Positions 1 through 11,096 are shown, counted from the stretch's first letter. The stretch is DNA of 64,000 nt from an uncultured Poribacteria bacterium (GCA_958296135.2 CATQHZ020000001.1:1472001-1536000), one strand, 5' to 3'. Numbers and translations: made by a program. Notes: a model not told the origin generated them from the sequence alone.

Positions 1-1
1 G

Positions 2-1060
2 GTAGAGTTTGCGCGCGTTGTCCGCTAGGATTTTTCGGCGCAATTCGGGTTTGAGGAAACTCGGCAGAGCCCGGTCGGGCGCGTCGAAGTCCCAATGCGG
101 GTAATCTGTGGCGAACATGAGTTTGTCGTTCATGTCCATCTGCTCAAGCAGTTGTTCAAAATACTCCCGCTTCGGTGGTTCTTCCATTGGTTGCGTGCTG
201 AGCCAGAAGTGGTTTCGGATGTATTCGGATGGTTTGCGTTTGAGTGCTGGCACTTCACGTCGCAGTTTCTTCCATGTCGCATCTAACCGCCAGATGAGCG
301 GTGGCATCCACGCGAAACCGCCTTCGATCAGGACGATTTTGAGCGAGGGGAATCGTTCAAAGATGCCTTCGCAGACGTAACTGATGACCTGCGTATGGAA
401 CGCCTGCGGCATGCCGCCGTGGTCTTCAATATAATAGGAGGGCCACCCTGCGCCGGTAATCGGTCCGGCGACACCGCCAAAGTGGATGCCGATGGGGAGG
501 TTGTATTCCTCCGCGGCTTCGTAGATTTTCCAGTATTTGCGGTTGCCGAGCGGGTCCTTCGTGCGCGCGATGAGCAGGATTTGGACAAAGCCGGGGTTCG
601 GCCCGCAGCGGTGAATCTCTTCGGCGGACAAGTCGCCATCCTCATAAGCGATTACGATGGATGCGCGCAGGCGCGGCTCGGGTTCAACCCAATCGGCGAT
701 TTGCCAGTCGTTTACGGCGCGTGCGAGCGCGGCACCGTATTCCACATTCAGCTGCTCGCCGACAGGAATCAAGGGGTTAAGCACACCGTATTCAATATTC
801 CACGCGTCCAAGAGTTGCTTCTGCATGAACTCCAAGTCTGCACCGGGGGCGAGGCCGGACGGGGGCCACGCGTCGTGTCGGGCGGCGTTGAGTAGGGCAC
901 GCGGATAGTATCCTCCGGCGCGGCCGCGCAAACCGAAGGTTTTGTAGTGCTCTTGCCACCGTTTAGATAGGTATGGCGACAATGCGCCCGGCGGCACGGA
1001 GTTGTGGATGTCACAATCGATGACCGGAAATTTTGAGCGTTTGGTAGTCGTGTTTGCCAT
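2..1060 (-). CDS. Amidohydrolase_2 family metal-dependent hydrolase (last codons run off the window edge)
   Basis: Not in the ORF track because no stop lies in the window. Manual translation from ATG at 1060 gives MANTTTKRSKFPVIDCDIHN...DYPHWDFD...ILADNARKLY; GGAG RBS upstream; paralog of the next gene. Confidence 0.88.
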   Translation of the reverse strand, partial: MANTTTKRSKFPVIDCDIHNSVPPGALSPYLSKRWQEHYKTFGLRGRAGGYYPRALLNAARHDAWPPSGLAPGADLEFMQKQLLDAWNIEYGVLNPLIPVGEQLNVEYGAALARAVNDWQIADWVEPEPRLRASIVIAYEDGDLSAEEIHRCGPNPGFVQILLIARTKDPLGNRKYWKIYEAAEEYNLPIGIHFGGVAGPITGAGWPSYYIEDHGGMPQAFHTQVISYVCEGIFERFPSLKIVLIEGGFAWMPPLIWRLDATWKKLRREVPALKRKPSEYIRNHFWLSTQPMEEPPKREYFEQLLEQMDMNDKLMFATDYPHWDFDAPDRALPSFLKPELRRKILADNARKLY

Positions 1061-1138
1061 TGCGTTTCGCCTCCAATGTGTGATGAAAGCATGATTCGGT
1101 AAGCGGTGCAGTCGACAGACAGATATAGAAATCCACCC

Positions 1139-2266
1139 TTACGAGAGTTGATAGAACGCGCGCGCATTTTCATGCAAAATCTTACGGGTAAGGCGCGCTG
1201 GCAATTCCGATGGTAGCGCGTCATTCGGCGTGTCAAATTGCCAATGCGGATAATCCGTTGAGAACATCAACATCTCCTCGGATTCAAGTTGTCCGATTAT
1301 CTGAAGCAGTTGTTTCGGATCTGGTGGGGCATCGACAGGTTGCAAGGTGAACCGCATGTGTTCCCGCATGTATTCAGATGGCGGCCGTTTCACCCACGGT
1401 GTATTGTTTCGGAGCCCGCGCCACTCTTTGTCAATGCGCCACATCACAGCGGGTAGCCACGTGAAACCGCTTTCGATTAGGACGACGCGAAGGTCTGGAA
1501 ACTGATCGAAGACTCCCTCCGCGACGAGACTAATCACTTGTGCTTGGAACACCTGCGTCATCCCGCTGTATTCCTCTAAATAGGTAGAGGGCCACCCTGT
1601 CGGTGAGGGTTGATTGCCGGGCGCGCCGCCGTAATGGATGCCGATGGCGAGGTTCTCCCGTATTGCTGCTTCATAAATCGGATGATACAACCGACTGCCG
1701 TAAGGCGTGCGCGAACGCACCGGCAGGATTACTTGCACAAACCCCGGGTGCTCCCCGACGCGTTCAATTTCTCTGGCGGCGAGTTCCGGAATTTGACTGG
1801 GGATGACCAGGGAAGCCCGGAGCCGCGGCTCCGGTTCAAGCCAATGTTCTATCTGCCAATCGTTTATCGCCTGCGCGATGGCGGCAGCCAGGTCTGGGTT
1901 ATGGACGCTTTGCACGCGGTAGGCGCAATTGAGGATGCCGTATTCAAGGTTCCAGCTGTCAAGCAGTTGCTCGCGCACATGCGCCAGATCGACTTCCCAT
2001 GGCGGTTTCGCATCTGGGTGTGTCGTTATCGGCGCGCCGCGCGGGTAATCGTTTGCATCGGGCCCTCTGAAGCCAGAGTTGCTGCAGTAATCGCACCAGA
2101 AATCCGAAAGATACGGGAAGAGTGTCTGTAATGATGGCACTTCATTGTGAATATCGCAGTCGATGGCTTGCAACCCCGTTTCAAGCGGGAAAACAGATGC
2201 AGGGCCAGTCCTGCGTTTCTGTTTCTCTTCGTGAGGAGTTGTCTTGCGTTCCTTCTGTTTCTCCAT
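1139..2266 (-). CDS. Amidohydrolase_2 family protein
   Basis: IDCDIH metal motif, FSTDYPHW motif, ILHENARAFY C-terminus. Confidence 0.9.
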   Translation of the reverse strand: MEKQKERKTTPHEEKQKRRTGPASVFPLETGLQAIDCDIHNEVPSLQTLFPYLSDFWCDYCSNSGFRGPDANDYPRGAPITTHPDAKPPWEVDLAHVREQLLDSWNLEYGILNCAYRVQSVHNPDLAAAIAQAINDWQIEHWLEPEPRLRASLVIPSQIPELAAREIERVGEHPGFVQVILPVRSRTPYGSRLYHPIYEAAIRENLAIGIHYGGAPGNQPSPTGWPSTYLEEYSGMTQVFQAQVISLVAEGVFDQFPDLRVVLIESGFTWLPAVMWRIDKEWRGLRNNTPWVKRPPSEYMREHMRFTLQPVDAPPDPKQLLQIIGQLESEEMLMFSTDYPHWQFDTPNDALPSELPARLTRKILHENARAFYQLS

Positions 2267-2274
2267 GGTATCAA

Positions 2275-2370
2275 CCTATCAACTTCGAGGAGTTTAAGGA
2301 CGAGCCGGTCTTTCCCATCATTGGCGGCGTAATGCAGGGCAGTACTCCCTTTGCCAATCTGTCCCGACAA
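2275..2370 (-). pseudogene. Isolated ankyrin-repeat fragment
   Basis: GSTALHYAANDGKDRLVLKLLE matches the ankyrin consensus GxTxLHxAAxxGxxxxVxxLL; the rest of the ORF overlaps the amidohydrolase in another frame. Confidence 0.55.
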
Positions 2371-2382
2371 TCGCTTGAAGAG

Positions 2383-2455
2383 TGGGGCGTACTGGATTTG
2401 AACCAGTGACTTCTACCGTGTGAAGGTAGCGCTCGTACCCCTGAGCTAACGCCCC
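2383..2455 (-). tRNA. tRNA-Val(CAC)
   Basis: GGGGCGTTAGCTCAG...CTACC-TTCACAC-GGTAG...GGTTCAAATCC...ACGCCCCA cloverleaf; CCA not encoded. Confidence 0.95.
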
Positions 2456-2470
2456 ATAGAAAGAGATAGA

Positions 2471-2543
2471 TGGGCCCACTAGGACTCGAACCTAGGACCA
2501 GCCGGTTATGAGCCGGCGGCTCTGACCACTGAGCTATGGGCCC
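2471..2543 (-). tRNA. tRNA with CAT anticodon, probably tRNA-Ile2 (lysidine)
   Basis: GGGCCCATAGCTCAGTGG...GCCGG-CTCATAA-CCGGC...GTTCGAGTC; ileX-like sequence and position downstream of rpoD as in E. coli. Confidence 0.88.
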
Positions 2544-2625
2544 TTTATGATGTTAACATAAAAATTATACCATATTTCCAAGTAAAAAGCAAATTTTTTT
2601 AATATATCGCGATTTTCACAGAAAT

Positions 2626-2677
2626 CGTAGGATGGCGAGGGCTCGGCGATTCGTGCTCGCCGGGCCCTCGCCCTACG
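2626..2677. repeat. GTAG-type REP hairpin, family A (GGCGAGGG...CCCTCGCCCTAC)
   Basis: Long palindrome related to copies at 13559 and 42402; downstream of rpoD. Confidence 0.8.
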
Positions 2678-2693
2678 AAGATGGTGGCGCGTG

Positions 2694-4286
2694 CTAGTGC
2701 AGGAAATCGCGTAATTTCCGGCTGCGTGTGGGATGGCGCAGTTTTCGGAGCGCGTTCGCCTCGATTTGCCGGATGCGTTCCCGGGTTAAACCAAATATGC
2801 GCCCTACTTCCTCAAGGGTTTTCGGGTAACCGCCCTTGATACCGAATCGGAGGACGATAACTTCCCTCTCTTTGTCGCTTAAGTCGGCGAGAACCTCTTG
2901 GATCTGCTCCTTGAGGATGTTCAATTCCGCCTCTTTCACTGGCGAATTGATAGTGGTGTCCTCAATGAAGTCGCCGAGGGAGTTGTCGTCTTCGTCGCCG
3001 ATAGGGGTTTCTAACGAAACCGCTTCCGGTGCTACCTCCAACGCCTCGTTGACCTTGTTCACCGGCATTTTCATATCCTCGGCGATTTGCGCTACAGTCG
3101 GCTCACTGCCTAATTCTTGGAGGAGCGAGCGTTGGACGCGCCGGATCTTGTTAATCCGTTCGTGCATGTGGACGGGGATGCGGATGGGGCGCGCCTGGTC
3201 AGCGATGGCGCGGGTAATGCCTTGTCGGATCCACCATGTGGCATAAGTGCTGAACTTATAGCCGCGCTGGTAATCAAATTTGTCAACGGCGCGCATCAAA
3301 CCGATGTTGCCTTCCTGAATCAGGTCTAGGAATTCTAGGCCGGCAGTCCGGTGTCGATACTTCTTCGCGATGCTGACAACGAGACGGAGATTCGCTTCGA
3401 CGATGGCCATTTTGGCGTCCTGCGCGTCTGCTTCGCCTCGGTCAATCTGATTCGTGAGCTGCTTGAGCTGCTCCCGTGGAACGCCGATTTCGTTCATGTG
3501 CTGCCGAATGTTACGCTGGAGTCGGATGATCTGGACGCGCGCCGCTTTCATCGTGGGTGACATCTCGTCGCGGGGGAGTCCATTGAGCCACGCGTTGGGA
3601 ATACCGTGTTTCTGCTGCAGCGCGCGCGCTTCCTCTTCCCACTTGCTGATTTTCGCTTCGGCCTGCTTAACCTGGTCAGAAATTTTGCTAATTTCCTCCC
3701 GGTCTATCTTGAGTTTATCCAGCGTTGTGATGAGTTTAGCGCGGCCGCGCCACGTTACCGTGCAAGGTTTTCCGTTGGCACTGGGTGCCGGGGTAGCGGC
3801 GGTGAGCCGGTCTTCCTCTAATGCCTCTATCACCTTCAACGCTTTCTTCACCTGGTCTTGAAGTTTGCGTTCTTTGTTCTGAGTGGAGGTGCTAGAGACA
3901 GGCATATCGATAATATCGGAGGCGCGCTTTTTCGCCGTCACGATTTTATAGAGGAGTTTCCGAATCTCAATAATAGCGAGGGGTATGTCAAAAGTCGCTT
4001 CTTGGGCGGCGCGGTGGCCTGCCTCAATCTGTTGCGCGAGTTCCACTTCCTGCTTCTTATTGAGCAGCGGAAATTTCCCCATTTCGCGCATGTAGACTTT
4101 GACCGGGTCGTCCCTATAGCTGGTTGTTTCCGAAGACGCGTAGGCTTCCGGGTCGTAATCGGGTTCATCCATGCTGTCGGTTTCCCAGGAATCGACAGTC
4201 AGAGTATCTCTGAAATTCATCGTTGACAGACTCCTTTTTTTGGGTGCGGTTATTCGGGCCGGTTCATTCGTATGCGCCTGGTTCAT
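2694..4286 (-). CDS. rpoD: Primary RNA polymerase sigma factor RpoD
   Basis: [11 protein letters not shown] (region 1.2), [51 protein letters not shown]; follows dnaG. Confidence 0.96.
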   Translation of the reverse strand: MNQAHTNEPARITAPKKRSLSTMNFRDTLTVDSWETDSMDEPDYDPEAYASSETTSYRDDPVKVYMREMGKFPLLNKKQEVELAQQIEAGHRAAQEATFDIPLAIIEIRKLLYKIVTAKKRASDIIDMPVSSTSTQNKERKLQDQVKKALKVIEALEEDRLTAATPAPSANGKPCTVTWRGRAKLITTLDKLKIDREEISKISDQVKQAEAKISKWEEEARALQQKHGIPNAWLNGLPRDEMSPTMKAARVQIIRLQRNIRQHMNEIGVPREQLKQLTNQIDRGEADAQDAKMAIVEANLRLVVSIAKKYRHRTAGLEFLDLIQEGNIGLMRAVDKFDYQRGYKFSTYATWWIRQGITRAIADQARPIRIPVHMHERINKIRRVQRSLLQELGSEPTVAQIAEDMKMPVNKVNEALEVAPEAVSLETPIGDEDDNSLGDFIEDTTINSPVKEAELNILKEQIQEVLADLSDKEREVIVLRFGIKGGYPKTLEEVGRIFGLTRERIRQIEANALRKLRHPTRSRKLRDFLH

Positions 4287-6078
4287 GAATCGGCTGTGCG
4301 CCTAGGGCGCGCCGCTGGTCTGAGAGTTTCACCAATTCCTTGAGCGTTTCTAACTCGTCAGCGCCTTCGGCGAGTGCATGCGAACGGACGCGTTGCTCCA
4401 TGTCTTTGAAGATAAAATGCTGCAGTTTGCGGAGGCATCCATCCACTCGTGCTTTTAAATTCGGCGGCGTTTTGCGGAGGAGCGCGTTGGAAATAAGGGC
4501 TCTTAACTTTTCATCGGTGCATTCGTTGAGGAGGCTTTGGATATCGGGCCCGTCGTTTTCTGGGTTCGCTTCCCACAGCAACTGCGCCATCTTCGCGAAG
4601 TGCGGTTCGGTTAAATCCGCGTAGTGAAACTGCGATTTGATGTAGGGAATCAACGTTGGGTTTTGGATTAACGCTTCAATCAGTTGCGCTTCAATTTGCG
4701 CGCGTGGTGACAATTTTTTCGGGGATGCCTTATTCGCCCGGGTCCGATAGGGCGCGGGTGCCTCTTTGAGCCCCAAGTCTCGCAATTCGTGCCACAGCAT
4801 GTCTGTATTGACATGGAGTTCTTTTGCGGCGTATTTAACGTATTCGCTCCGTTCCATCCTGTCTTGGATATGCGTTAGCGTCGCGCTAATCTCTTTCACA
4901 ATCTGCGTTTTGACATCGACGCGGTGGATATTTTGCTGTTGAATCGCGGTCTGAATCTGAAATTCGACCAGGTTTATGGCCTTGTCTGTGAGTTTCGTGA
5001 ACGCCTCGGCTCCGTGTTGCCGTGCGAACGAATCCGGGTCTTCGCCATTTGGCAGTAAGGCGATGCGCACCCGTAATCCTGCTGCGAGTAGGCGGTGCAG
5101 CCCGCGTTGCGCTGCTTGGAAGCCTGCAGTATCGCCATCGTAAACGATGATGACTTCTGGGGTAAACCGCTTCAGCAAAGTGGCGTGGTTTTCGCTCAGG
5201 GATGTGCCGGAGGAGGCAACCACGTTTTCAACGCCACATTGGTAAAGCATCAGCGCGTCCATATAACCTTCGACGAGGAGAGCCGTCCGCTTTTTGTAGA
5301 TGGCTTGACGCGCCTTGTCAAGGTTGTAGAGGATGTTACTTTTATTATACAAAATTGTCTCGGGTGAATTCAAGTATTTCGGCTGTTGTTCTTCTGAGAG
5401 CGCGCGTCCGCCAAATCCGACTGGCACGCCGCGTTCATTCTGAATCGGAAAGAGCAGCCGGTTCCAGAACCTGTCTTGCGGGCCGCGTTCTTCGTTTTTA
5501 ATCAACCCTGCATCGACGAGTTGCTGGATAGTCCAACCTTCGTCTGTCGCGGCTTTTACCAGGTTGCGCCGTGTGGACTTTGCGTAGCCGAGTTGAAACA
5601 GTTTAAGCGTTTTCGGTTGCACGCCGCGGTGCTGGAGATACCGCCTTGCCTGGCCGCCGCTATCTTCGGTGAGCAGGTGGCGGTGGTAATATTGGGCTGC
5701 GAACCGGTTGAGTTCCTCAAGCGATGTGAACCGTTTTCGGTTGGCACTTTCGCGTGCGTTCTGATTCGGTAGCGAGATGTTGAGTCTATCGGCGAGCCAT
5801 GTGAGGGTTTCAATGAAAGATTTTGCTTCATGCTTTTGCACGAAGCTGATGACGTTGCCGCCTGTCTGGCAGCCGAAGCAATAGAAAATCTGCTTCGCCA
5901 CGGAGACGGTAAAAGAGGGCGTTTTTTCGTCGTGAAACGGGCAGAGTGCCTTGTAATCGCGGCCGGCGGGGCGTAACGGGATGCCGCACTCGGAGATAAC
6001 TTCGACAATATCGCTCCGGTGCCGAATTTCATCAATCGTCTCGCGCGGAATCTGGATGTTTGTCCGAGTTCGGTTCAT
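4264..6078 (-). CDS. dnaG: DNA primase
   Basis: [11 protein letters not shown]...CFGC zinc finger, [27 protein letters not shown]; start refined to ATG 6078 with GAGAGG RBS. Confidence 0.96.
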   Translation of the reverse strand: MNRTRTNIQIPRETIDEIRHRSDIVEVISECGIPLRPAGRDYKALCPFHDEKTPSFTVSVAKQIFYCFGCQTGGNVISFVQKHEAKSFIETLTWLADRLNISLPNQNARESANRKRFTSLEELNRFAAQYYHRHLLTEDSGGQARRYLQHRGVQPKTLKLFQLGYAKSTRRNLVKAATDEGWTIQQLVDAGLIKNEERGPQDRFWNRLLFPIQNERGVPVGFGGRALSEEQQPKYLNSPETILYNKSNILYNLDKARQAIYKKRTALLVEGYMDALMLYQCGVENVVASSGTSLSENHATLLKRFTPEVIIVYDGDTAGFQAAQRGLHRLLAAGLRVRIALLPNGEDPDSFARQHGAEAFTKLTDKAINLVEFQIQTAIQQQNIHRVDVKTQIVKEISATLTHIQDRMERSEYVKYAAKELHVNTDMLWHELRDLGLKEAPAPYRTRANKASPKKLSPRAQIEAQLIEALIQNPTLIPYIKSQFHYADLTEPHFAKMAQLLWEANPENDGPDIQSLLNECTDEKLRALISNALLRKTPPNLKARVDGCLRKLQHFIFKDMEQRVRSHALAEGADELETLKELVKLSDQRRALGAQPIHEPGAYE

Positions 6079-6103
6079 GATGTCGTGCCTCTCGGTTGGG
6101 ACA

Positions 6104-8527
6104 TTAGTCCTTGAATGTGACGACGGTAACGCCTTCGCCGCCCTGGCTCTGCGGCGCGAGTTGAAATTGGGTGACGTGCGGGTTGTCTCGCAATTCCTCG
6201 TGAACCGCTTTGCGCAAGGCTCCTGTCCCTTTGCCGTGGAGAATGCGCACCGTTGGCACACCGGCAAGGTAGGCATCGTCAAGGTATTTATCCGTAATCT
6301 CTACCGCCTCGCTCACCAGCATGCCCCGAATGTTGAGTTCACTTTGGATAGTGTTTGCCTTGCTATACTGAATATCCAGCACGGACGTTGAGATGTTTGC
6401 AACCTCACGTTTCGGTTGAATTGTGTCAATGTCACCGTAGGCGACTTGCATGTGCATGTTGCCCACCGCAATTTTAAGCGGGCTACTGCTCTTCGGTACA
6501 ATGGAGGTGACTTCCCCGAATCGGTTCAATTTTTTGAGGCGCACCTTGTCCCCGATAGCAACTTTCGGCGTGGAGGGTTTCGGCTGTTTTTTGACAGGAG
6601 CCTTCGGTTTCAGCTGTTTTTTCGCCGTTTCGATTTTTGCGAACGCGGCTTGGATGCTTGCTTTAGCGGCATTTTCGCGGCGGATATCGGCGATAAGTTT
6701 CTCTACCGTGCGTCGCGCGTTGGAGACGATGTCTATTGCCTCGTTTTCGGCCTTCTCTTTTAAGACGCGCTGTTCTGTTTCAAAACTTTGAACGAGCCGC
6801 TCGTGTTTTTGGGTTGTCGCTTCAGCGTCGCGAATTTTCGCTTGGAGGCGTGCCCGCTCTGTTTCCAAGGCATTTTTCGTCTCTTGCAGTTCGACGAGTA
6901 ACTCTTCGACAGCGACGTTATTGTTGCCTAAGTGGGTTTGCGCTTCGGCGAGTACCTCGGCGGGGATGCCCAATTGCGCCGCAATTTTAATGGCGTTGCT
7001 ACTGCCCGGCACCCCCACCTGCACGCGATATGTCGGGCGTAGCGTCGCCCAGTCGAATTCCATTGAGGCGTTTTCCATCTGTGCTTGGGTATGCGCATAC
7101 GCCTTGAGCGCGCCGTAGTGTGTTGTGACGATGGTGTTAACCTGGTGTTGCGCGAGCCAATCAAGTAGTGCCATGCTGAGCGCGGTGCCTTCACTCGGGT
7201 CTGTGCCGGCACCGATTTCATCTAACAGCACGAGCGTGTGTGTGTTATGAGCATCGGCGATATGTTCAAGCATCTCGGCGATTTTCGTCATGTGCGAGGA
7301 AAAGGTGCTCAGATTCTGTTCGATGCCTTGTTCATCGCCGATGTCGGCGAAGATTTGATGGAAGATAGCGGTTTGACTTCCCTTCGCGGCGGGGATGTGC
7401 AGACCGGATTGCGCCATCAGTGCCAGCAATCCTACTGTTTTGAGGACGACGGTTTTTCCGCCGGTATTCGGTCCGGTGATAACGAGCGTTTTAAACGATT
7501 TGCCGATATGGATGTTTGTTGGCACGACGCGCGGCGGGAGGGTGTTCCTGTCTTGTTCAGTCAGCGGCGGTGATGCCTTTTTCAGATGGAATTCAAGCAG
7601 TGGGTGTCGTGCGTCAACGAGTTTGACAATGCCGCGGGTATTCAACACAGGTTCAACGGCGTTCAGTGTGATGCTGAAACGTGCCTTAGCGTTCAGAAAA
7701 TCGAGTTCCGCCAGCAGTTCCAAGGCGAGTTCAAGTTCGTGTAGGTTCTCCCGCACTTCGTCTGTCAGTGTGAGGAGGATGCGTCGGATTTCGCGAAGTT
7801 CCGCTTCGGCTGCTTCATGGAGCGCGTTGTTCATTTCAACGATGGCTAGAGGTTCCATAAAGAAGGTAGCACCACTCGTCGATTGCCCTTGGACGACACC
7901 GCGGAAAAATGCCCGCGCCTCCTGTTTGATTGGCAAGACGTAGCGATTGTTCCGGGAGGTGATTACCGGTTCCTGAATGGATTTCAGGTAATCCGGTGAG
8001 CGAAGCATCGCCTCTAATTTTTCATGGACATTTTGACGGAGACGCGACAATTTTCGGCGAATGGCACGCAGTTCCGGGCTGGCTCTATCTAGGATTTCGC
8101 CATCGAGGCTGATGCAGTCGGCAACGGCTTTGACTAACGCCGGAAATGATGGGAGCGCGTCCACGATTGAGAAGAGGTGTGGCAGCTCTTCCGGATTGCG
8201 TTTCGCAAACGCGTTGTGGATATCCGATGGAATCCGCGCGACTTTGCTGATATCGAGGAGTTCTTCTGCGTCTAAGATTGAACCGGCTTTGGCGGCGTGA
8301 CGTAGGGAGTTTCCGATGTGTTTTAGGCCACCCAACGGAATCCCGCCGTAGAGTTGCTGGAAAGTTTTTGCTTCGCTGCACAACTTCTGAAGTTGCCGCA
8401 CCGTGTCGACATCATCGTAAGGCGTGAGTGCCTCGACGCGCGCTGCACCGAGTTGCGAGGCGGTATACTTTTTCAGCAGCACCTTCATTTTATCGTATTC
8501 TAAGACTGTTTCAACGCCGGTTAACAT
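6104..8527 (-). CDS. mutS2: Endonuclease MutS2
   Basis: ITGPNTGGKT, LSTFSSHM, LDEIGAGTDP, C-terminal Smr domain (HGKGTGAL, GGEGVT). Confidence 0.95.
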   Translation of the reverse strand: MLTGVETVLEYDKMKVLLKKYTASQLGAARVEALTPYDDVDTVRQLQKLCSEAKTFQQLYGGIPLGGLKHIGNSLRHAAKAGSILDAEELLDISKVARIPSDIHNAFAKRNPEELPHLFSIVDALPSFPALVKAVADCISLDGEILDRASPELRAIRRKLSRLRQNVHEKLEAMLRSPDYLKSIQEPVITSRNNRYVLPIKQEARAFFRGVVQGQSTSGATFFMEPLAIVEMNNALHEAAEAELREIRRILLTLTDEVRENLHELELALELLAELDFLNAKARFSITLNAVEPVLNTRGIVKLVDARHPLLEFHLKKASPPLTEQDRNTLPPRVVPTNIHIGKSFKTLVITGPNTGGKTVVLKTVGLLALMAQSGLHIPAAKGSQTAIFHQIFADIGDEQGIEQNLSTFSSHMTKIAEMLEHIADAHNTHTLVLLDEIGAGTDPSEGTALSMALLDWLAQHQVNTIVTTHYGALKAYAHTQAQMENASMEFDWATLRPTYRVQVGVPGSSNAIKIAAQLGIPAEVLAEAQTHLGNNNVAVEELLVELQETKNALETERARLQAKIRDAEATTQKHERLVQSFETEQRVLKEKAENEAIDIVSNARRTVEKLIADIRRENAAKASIQAAFAKIETAKKQLKPKAPVKKQPKPSTPKVAIGDKVRLKKLNRFGEVTSIVPKSSSPLKIAVGNMHMQVAYGDIDTIQPKREVANISTSVLDIQYSKANTIQSELNIRGMLVSEAVEITDKYLDDAYLAGVPTVRILHGKGTGALRKAVHEELRDNPHVTQFQLAPQSQGGEGVTVVTFKD

Positions 8528-8786
8528 CGTTTTTTCCTCAGAATCGTTCTGGGGCAGGCGTTTTCCTGCGTTAGGAGCTGGTGAGCCATCGCTGTTTGAG
8601 GGTGTTTCAGTTCCTCTTGCGATGCGTCAATTTTTCCTTTTGTTCGCGCTGCTTTTTGGGCTGCGTTGCAACGATGCTCTGGGGGATACCGATGACAACG
8701 GCGATGCGCGCGGTTAACGTCAACAGCGGCATGAAGAGCATATCCAACGTGTCAAAAAGATTTAGCGTGCCTTCCGGGAGAAATGC

Positions 8787-9833
8787 TTAATGCTGCGCTT
8801 GGGGACGCTTGAGTTGTCCCCACGTTGTCGCCAATTTTTGCCGAGGTGCGACAGGCAAGTTGGTAATATCCCGCAGCCACGCAACGACGAATATACTGCC
8901 ATCTACCTCCAGCAGTTCTTCTGTCTCCATCGTCTCAAAATTATACACGTAAAGCGTACCCCACCGGGAATAGACGATGAGAGTGCCGTCGGGTGCCCAG
9001 TCACCCCAATAACCTGTGGCTTTGTCAACATCAAACAGCGGTTCTATCGTTTTTGTTTCAACGTCGATGGTGCAGAACGTGTCGAATTCCCTATTCCAAC
9101 GCAGGAAGAGGATGCGTTCGCCGTCGGGTGCCCACACCGGATAGAAGTCTTTGTTCAGTTCGGTTAAGATTTCTATCTCCTTGGTTTCAACGTCTAGCAG
9201 GTAGAGTTGCTCCAACCACCCGGGTCTGGCGAGTGAGAAGACGAGGCGTTTTCCGTTCGGTGCCCAAGAGATTCCCCAGAAGGAATAAGGCCATCCAAAA
9301 TGCGGTACTTCTGTCACTGTTTCCATTTCCCCGGTTGCGATGTCAAGCACCCAGACCTGGTTTTCTTGCGGTACTTGCTCCATCGTCCACCCGCTGAAGG
9401 CGAGTGTCTGCCCGTTTGGCGATACGGATAGAAACCGATAGGTTCCGGAGATTTGGGTGATACGTTTCTTATTTTTCGGGTTGTCGGGGTTAATGGAGTA
9501 GATGTCGGCTTGCCCGGCATCCCATTGCACGAAATAGAGCAGTTCCCCGCGCGGCCCCCACGAAGGATACATGCCTTTATGATTCAGGGGGAGTGCTTTG
9601 AAGTCTTTGGTACCCCGCAGGGCGGTGGTGTAGAGGTTCCAGTCAAAGCGGCCTAGATTTTCGTCAAAGGCGTTCACGGCATAAGCGAGTCTGCCGTTTG
9701 GCGCGGCGGTAGCGAACGGCACTGCACAGAACAGAAACAGGCATACAACGGCGGTACTGAACGCTATCCACCCGCTCCCTGTTTTTCCGAAATGGGAAGT
9801 GCTAACGATGATACGACTTTTCCTACATTTCAT
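8787..9833 (-). CDS. Secreted TolB-like beta-propeller (PD40) protein with C-terminal KLATTWGQLK motif
   Basis: Signal-like hydrophobic stretch; repeated PSWGP/SPNG/WAPNG/WAPDG motifs; ends VAPRQKLATTWGQLK. Confidence 0.8.
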   Translation of the reverse strand: MKCRKSRIIVSTSHFGKTGSGWIAFSTAVVCLFLFCAVPFATAAPNGRLAYAVNAFDENLGRFDWNLYTTALRGTKDFKALPLNHKGMYPSWGPRGELLYFVQWDAGQADIYSINPDNPKNKKRITQISGTYRFLSVSPNGQTLAFSGWTMEQVPQENQVWVLDIATGEMETVTEVPHFGWPYSFWGISWAPNGKRLVFSLARPGWLEQLYLLDVETKEIEILTELNKDFYPVWAPDGERILFLRWNREFDTFCTIDVETKTIEPLFDVDKATGYWGDWAPDGTLIVYSRWGTLYVYNFETMETEELLEVDGSIFVVAWLRDITNLPVAPRQKLATTWGQLKRPQAQH

Positions 9834-10962
9834 TGGGATGCCCCTTTTCGCCGGTTGGCGAAGTTGTGAGACGTTTGTAGTGAAGGAGCGCGTTTTCGTA
9901 GAGGCGGCGACTTAACCCTAGGTGCTCGAATTCGACAACTTGGTTATAGTTGTAGAGTGCTGTGCTCGCCTGTCCCTCGGCATCGGCGCGGCGGGCGGCT
10001 TGAACGTTGTTTATCAGCGCGGTGGCACTTTTTTCAAAACGCCCAATCTGCTGCCGCAGTTCTGAAGACAAACCGCTCTCAATGTCCTTGTTCACTTTAT
10101 AGGTGTGGATTGCATCCGTATACGCGACGAATGCTTCAAAATAACGCTTTTCTGCTGCCAGTTGCTCGGCGTTTGCGACGGTTAAAGGTTCCTCTTCGCT
10201 AATGAGAGCGATAACCGCTTTTGCGTCCGCGACTTTTTCCATGCTTTTCTGGGCAAGCCCCTCTTCAAGCGTGCTTCGGAATTCGTCCAGAATCTCTTTA
10301 TAGGTAGCGCGCGCCGTGTCCGGGTCCCCTTGTTTTTCGTAGCAGAGGGCCTGGCTAAATTTGGCGTTGGCGAGCACAAACCGCCGAATCTCTGGAGAGA
10401 CATACGGCGTAGCGGGGAATTGCCGAGTCTGATATGCGGCGATGGCTTTTTCGTAGTCGCCTTCCTGCTCGTAGCAGTTGCCTATCGCTTTCTGTGCATA
10501 GAGGCTGTAAATCTGATTTTCGGGTTGATGCGAGTCAATAATCGCTTGGAACTGTGTGCGTGCGCCGGCGTAATCACCCTGATAATAGAGGGTTTTCGCG
10601 TATTGATAGCGCGCCTTGTCGGCGAAGTCGGTATTCGGGTGTTGCTGAAACACCGCCTGAAGCTGCGGTTGCACCGTTTTCAGTGCTTCTTCGCCTTCGG
10701 CGAGTTTCGCTGAGTCGAGAAGGTTTTCCTCCGCGGTCTGGTATGCCTCAGTCGCCTTGTTCAGGGCGATGGCGGCTTCAGCTCGGCGGCTCTCCTGATT
10801 TTGATGATACGCCGCGTAGCCGCCGACTGCGGCGATGACGACGACGATGCCGATGATGATGGTGCGCAGGTTGTCCTTTAGGAACGCGTAGGACTGCAGC
10901 ACCGCCTCAATGAACTTATCTTGCTTGATTTCTTCTTTGGTTAGCCGATCCCTTTGTGCCAT
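9823..10962 (-). CDS. Membrane-anchored tetratricopeptide repeat protein (YfgM-like)
   Basis: EEIKQDKF N-terminus, single TM helix, TPR repeats. Confidence 0.8.
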   Translation of the reverse strand: MAQRDRLTKEEIKQDKFIEAVLQSYAFLKDNLRTIIIGIVVVIAAVGGYAAYHQNQESRRAEAAIALNKATEAYQTAEENLLDSAKLAEGEEALKTVQPQLQAVFQQHPNTDFADKARYQYAKTLYYQGDYAGARTQFQAIIDSHQPENQIYSLYAQKAIGNCYEQEGDYEKAIAAYQTRQFPATPYVSPEIRRFVLANAKFSQALCYEKQGDPDTARATYKEILDEFRSTLEEGLAQKSMEKVADAKAVIALISEEEPLTVANAEQLAAEKRYFEAFVAYTDAIHTYKVNKDIESGLSSELRQQIGRFEKSATALINNVQAARRADAEGQASTALYNYNQVVEFEHLGLSRRLYENALLHYKRLTTSPTGEKGHPNEM

Positions 10963-11024
10963 GGTTTTCCTCTGTCTCCGGTCTGCGCGCGGTGGTAGCG
11001 CGAATTGATTGTTTTCGGAAGTTA

Positions 11025-11096
11025 AGCGGGTGACGGGAATTGAACCCGCGACCCTCAGCTTGGGAAGCTGACGCTCTACCGCTGAGCTACACCCGC
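11025..11096 (-). tRNA. tRNA-Gly(CCC)
   Basis: GCGGGTGTAGCTCAGCGGTAGAGCG-TCAGC-TTCCCAA-GCTGA...GGTTCAATTCC...CACCCGCT. Confidence 0.95.

Noticed and set aside
6079-6282. N-terminal extension of DnaG in the ORF track
   Set aside because: Overlaps mutS2 in another frame; the true start with RBS is at 6078. Similar spurious extensions were trimmed for the R-M, nadE, wzi, helicase, tnpB and HhH-GPD genes.
8528-8786. Small or frameshifted ORF between the TolB-like gene and mutS2
   Set aside because: Two short minus-strand frames look vaguely coding but have no recognisable motif or RBS; insufficient support.
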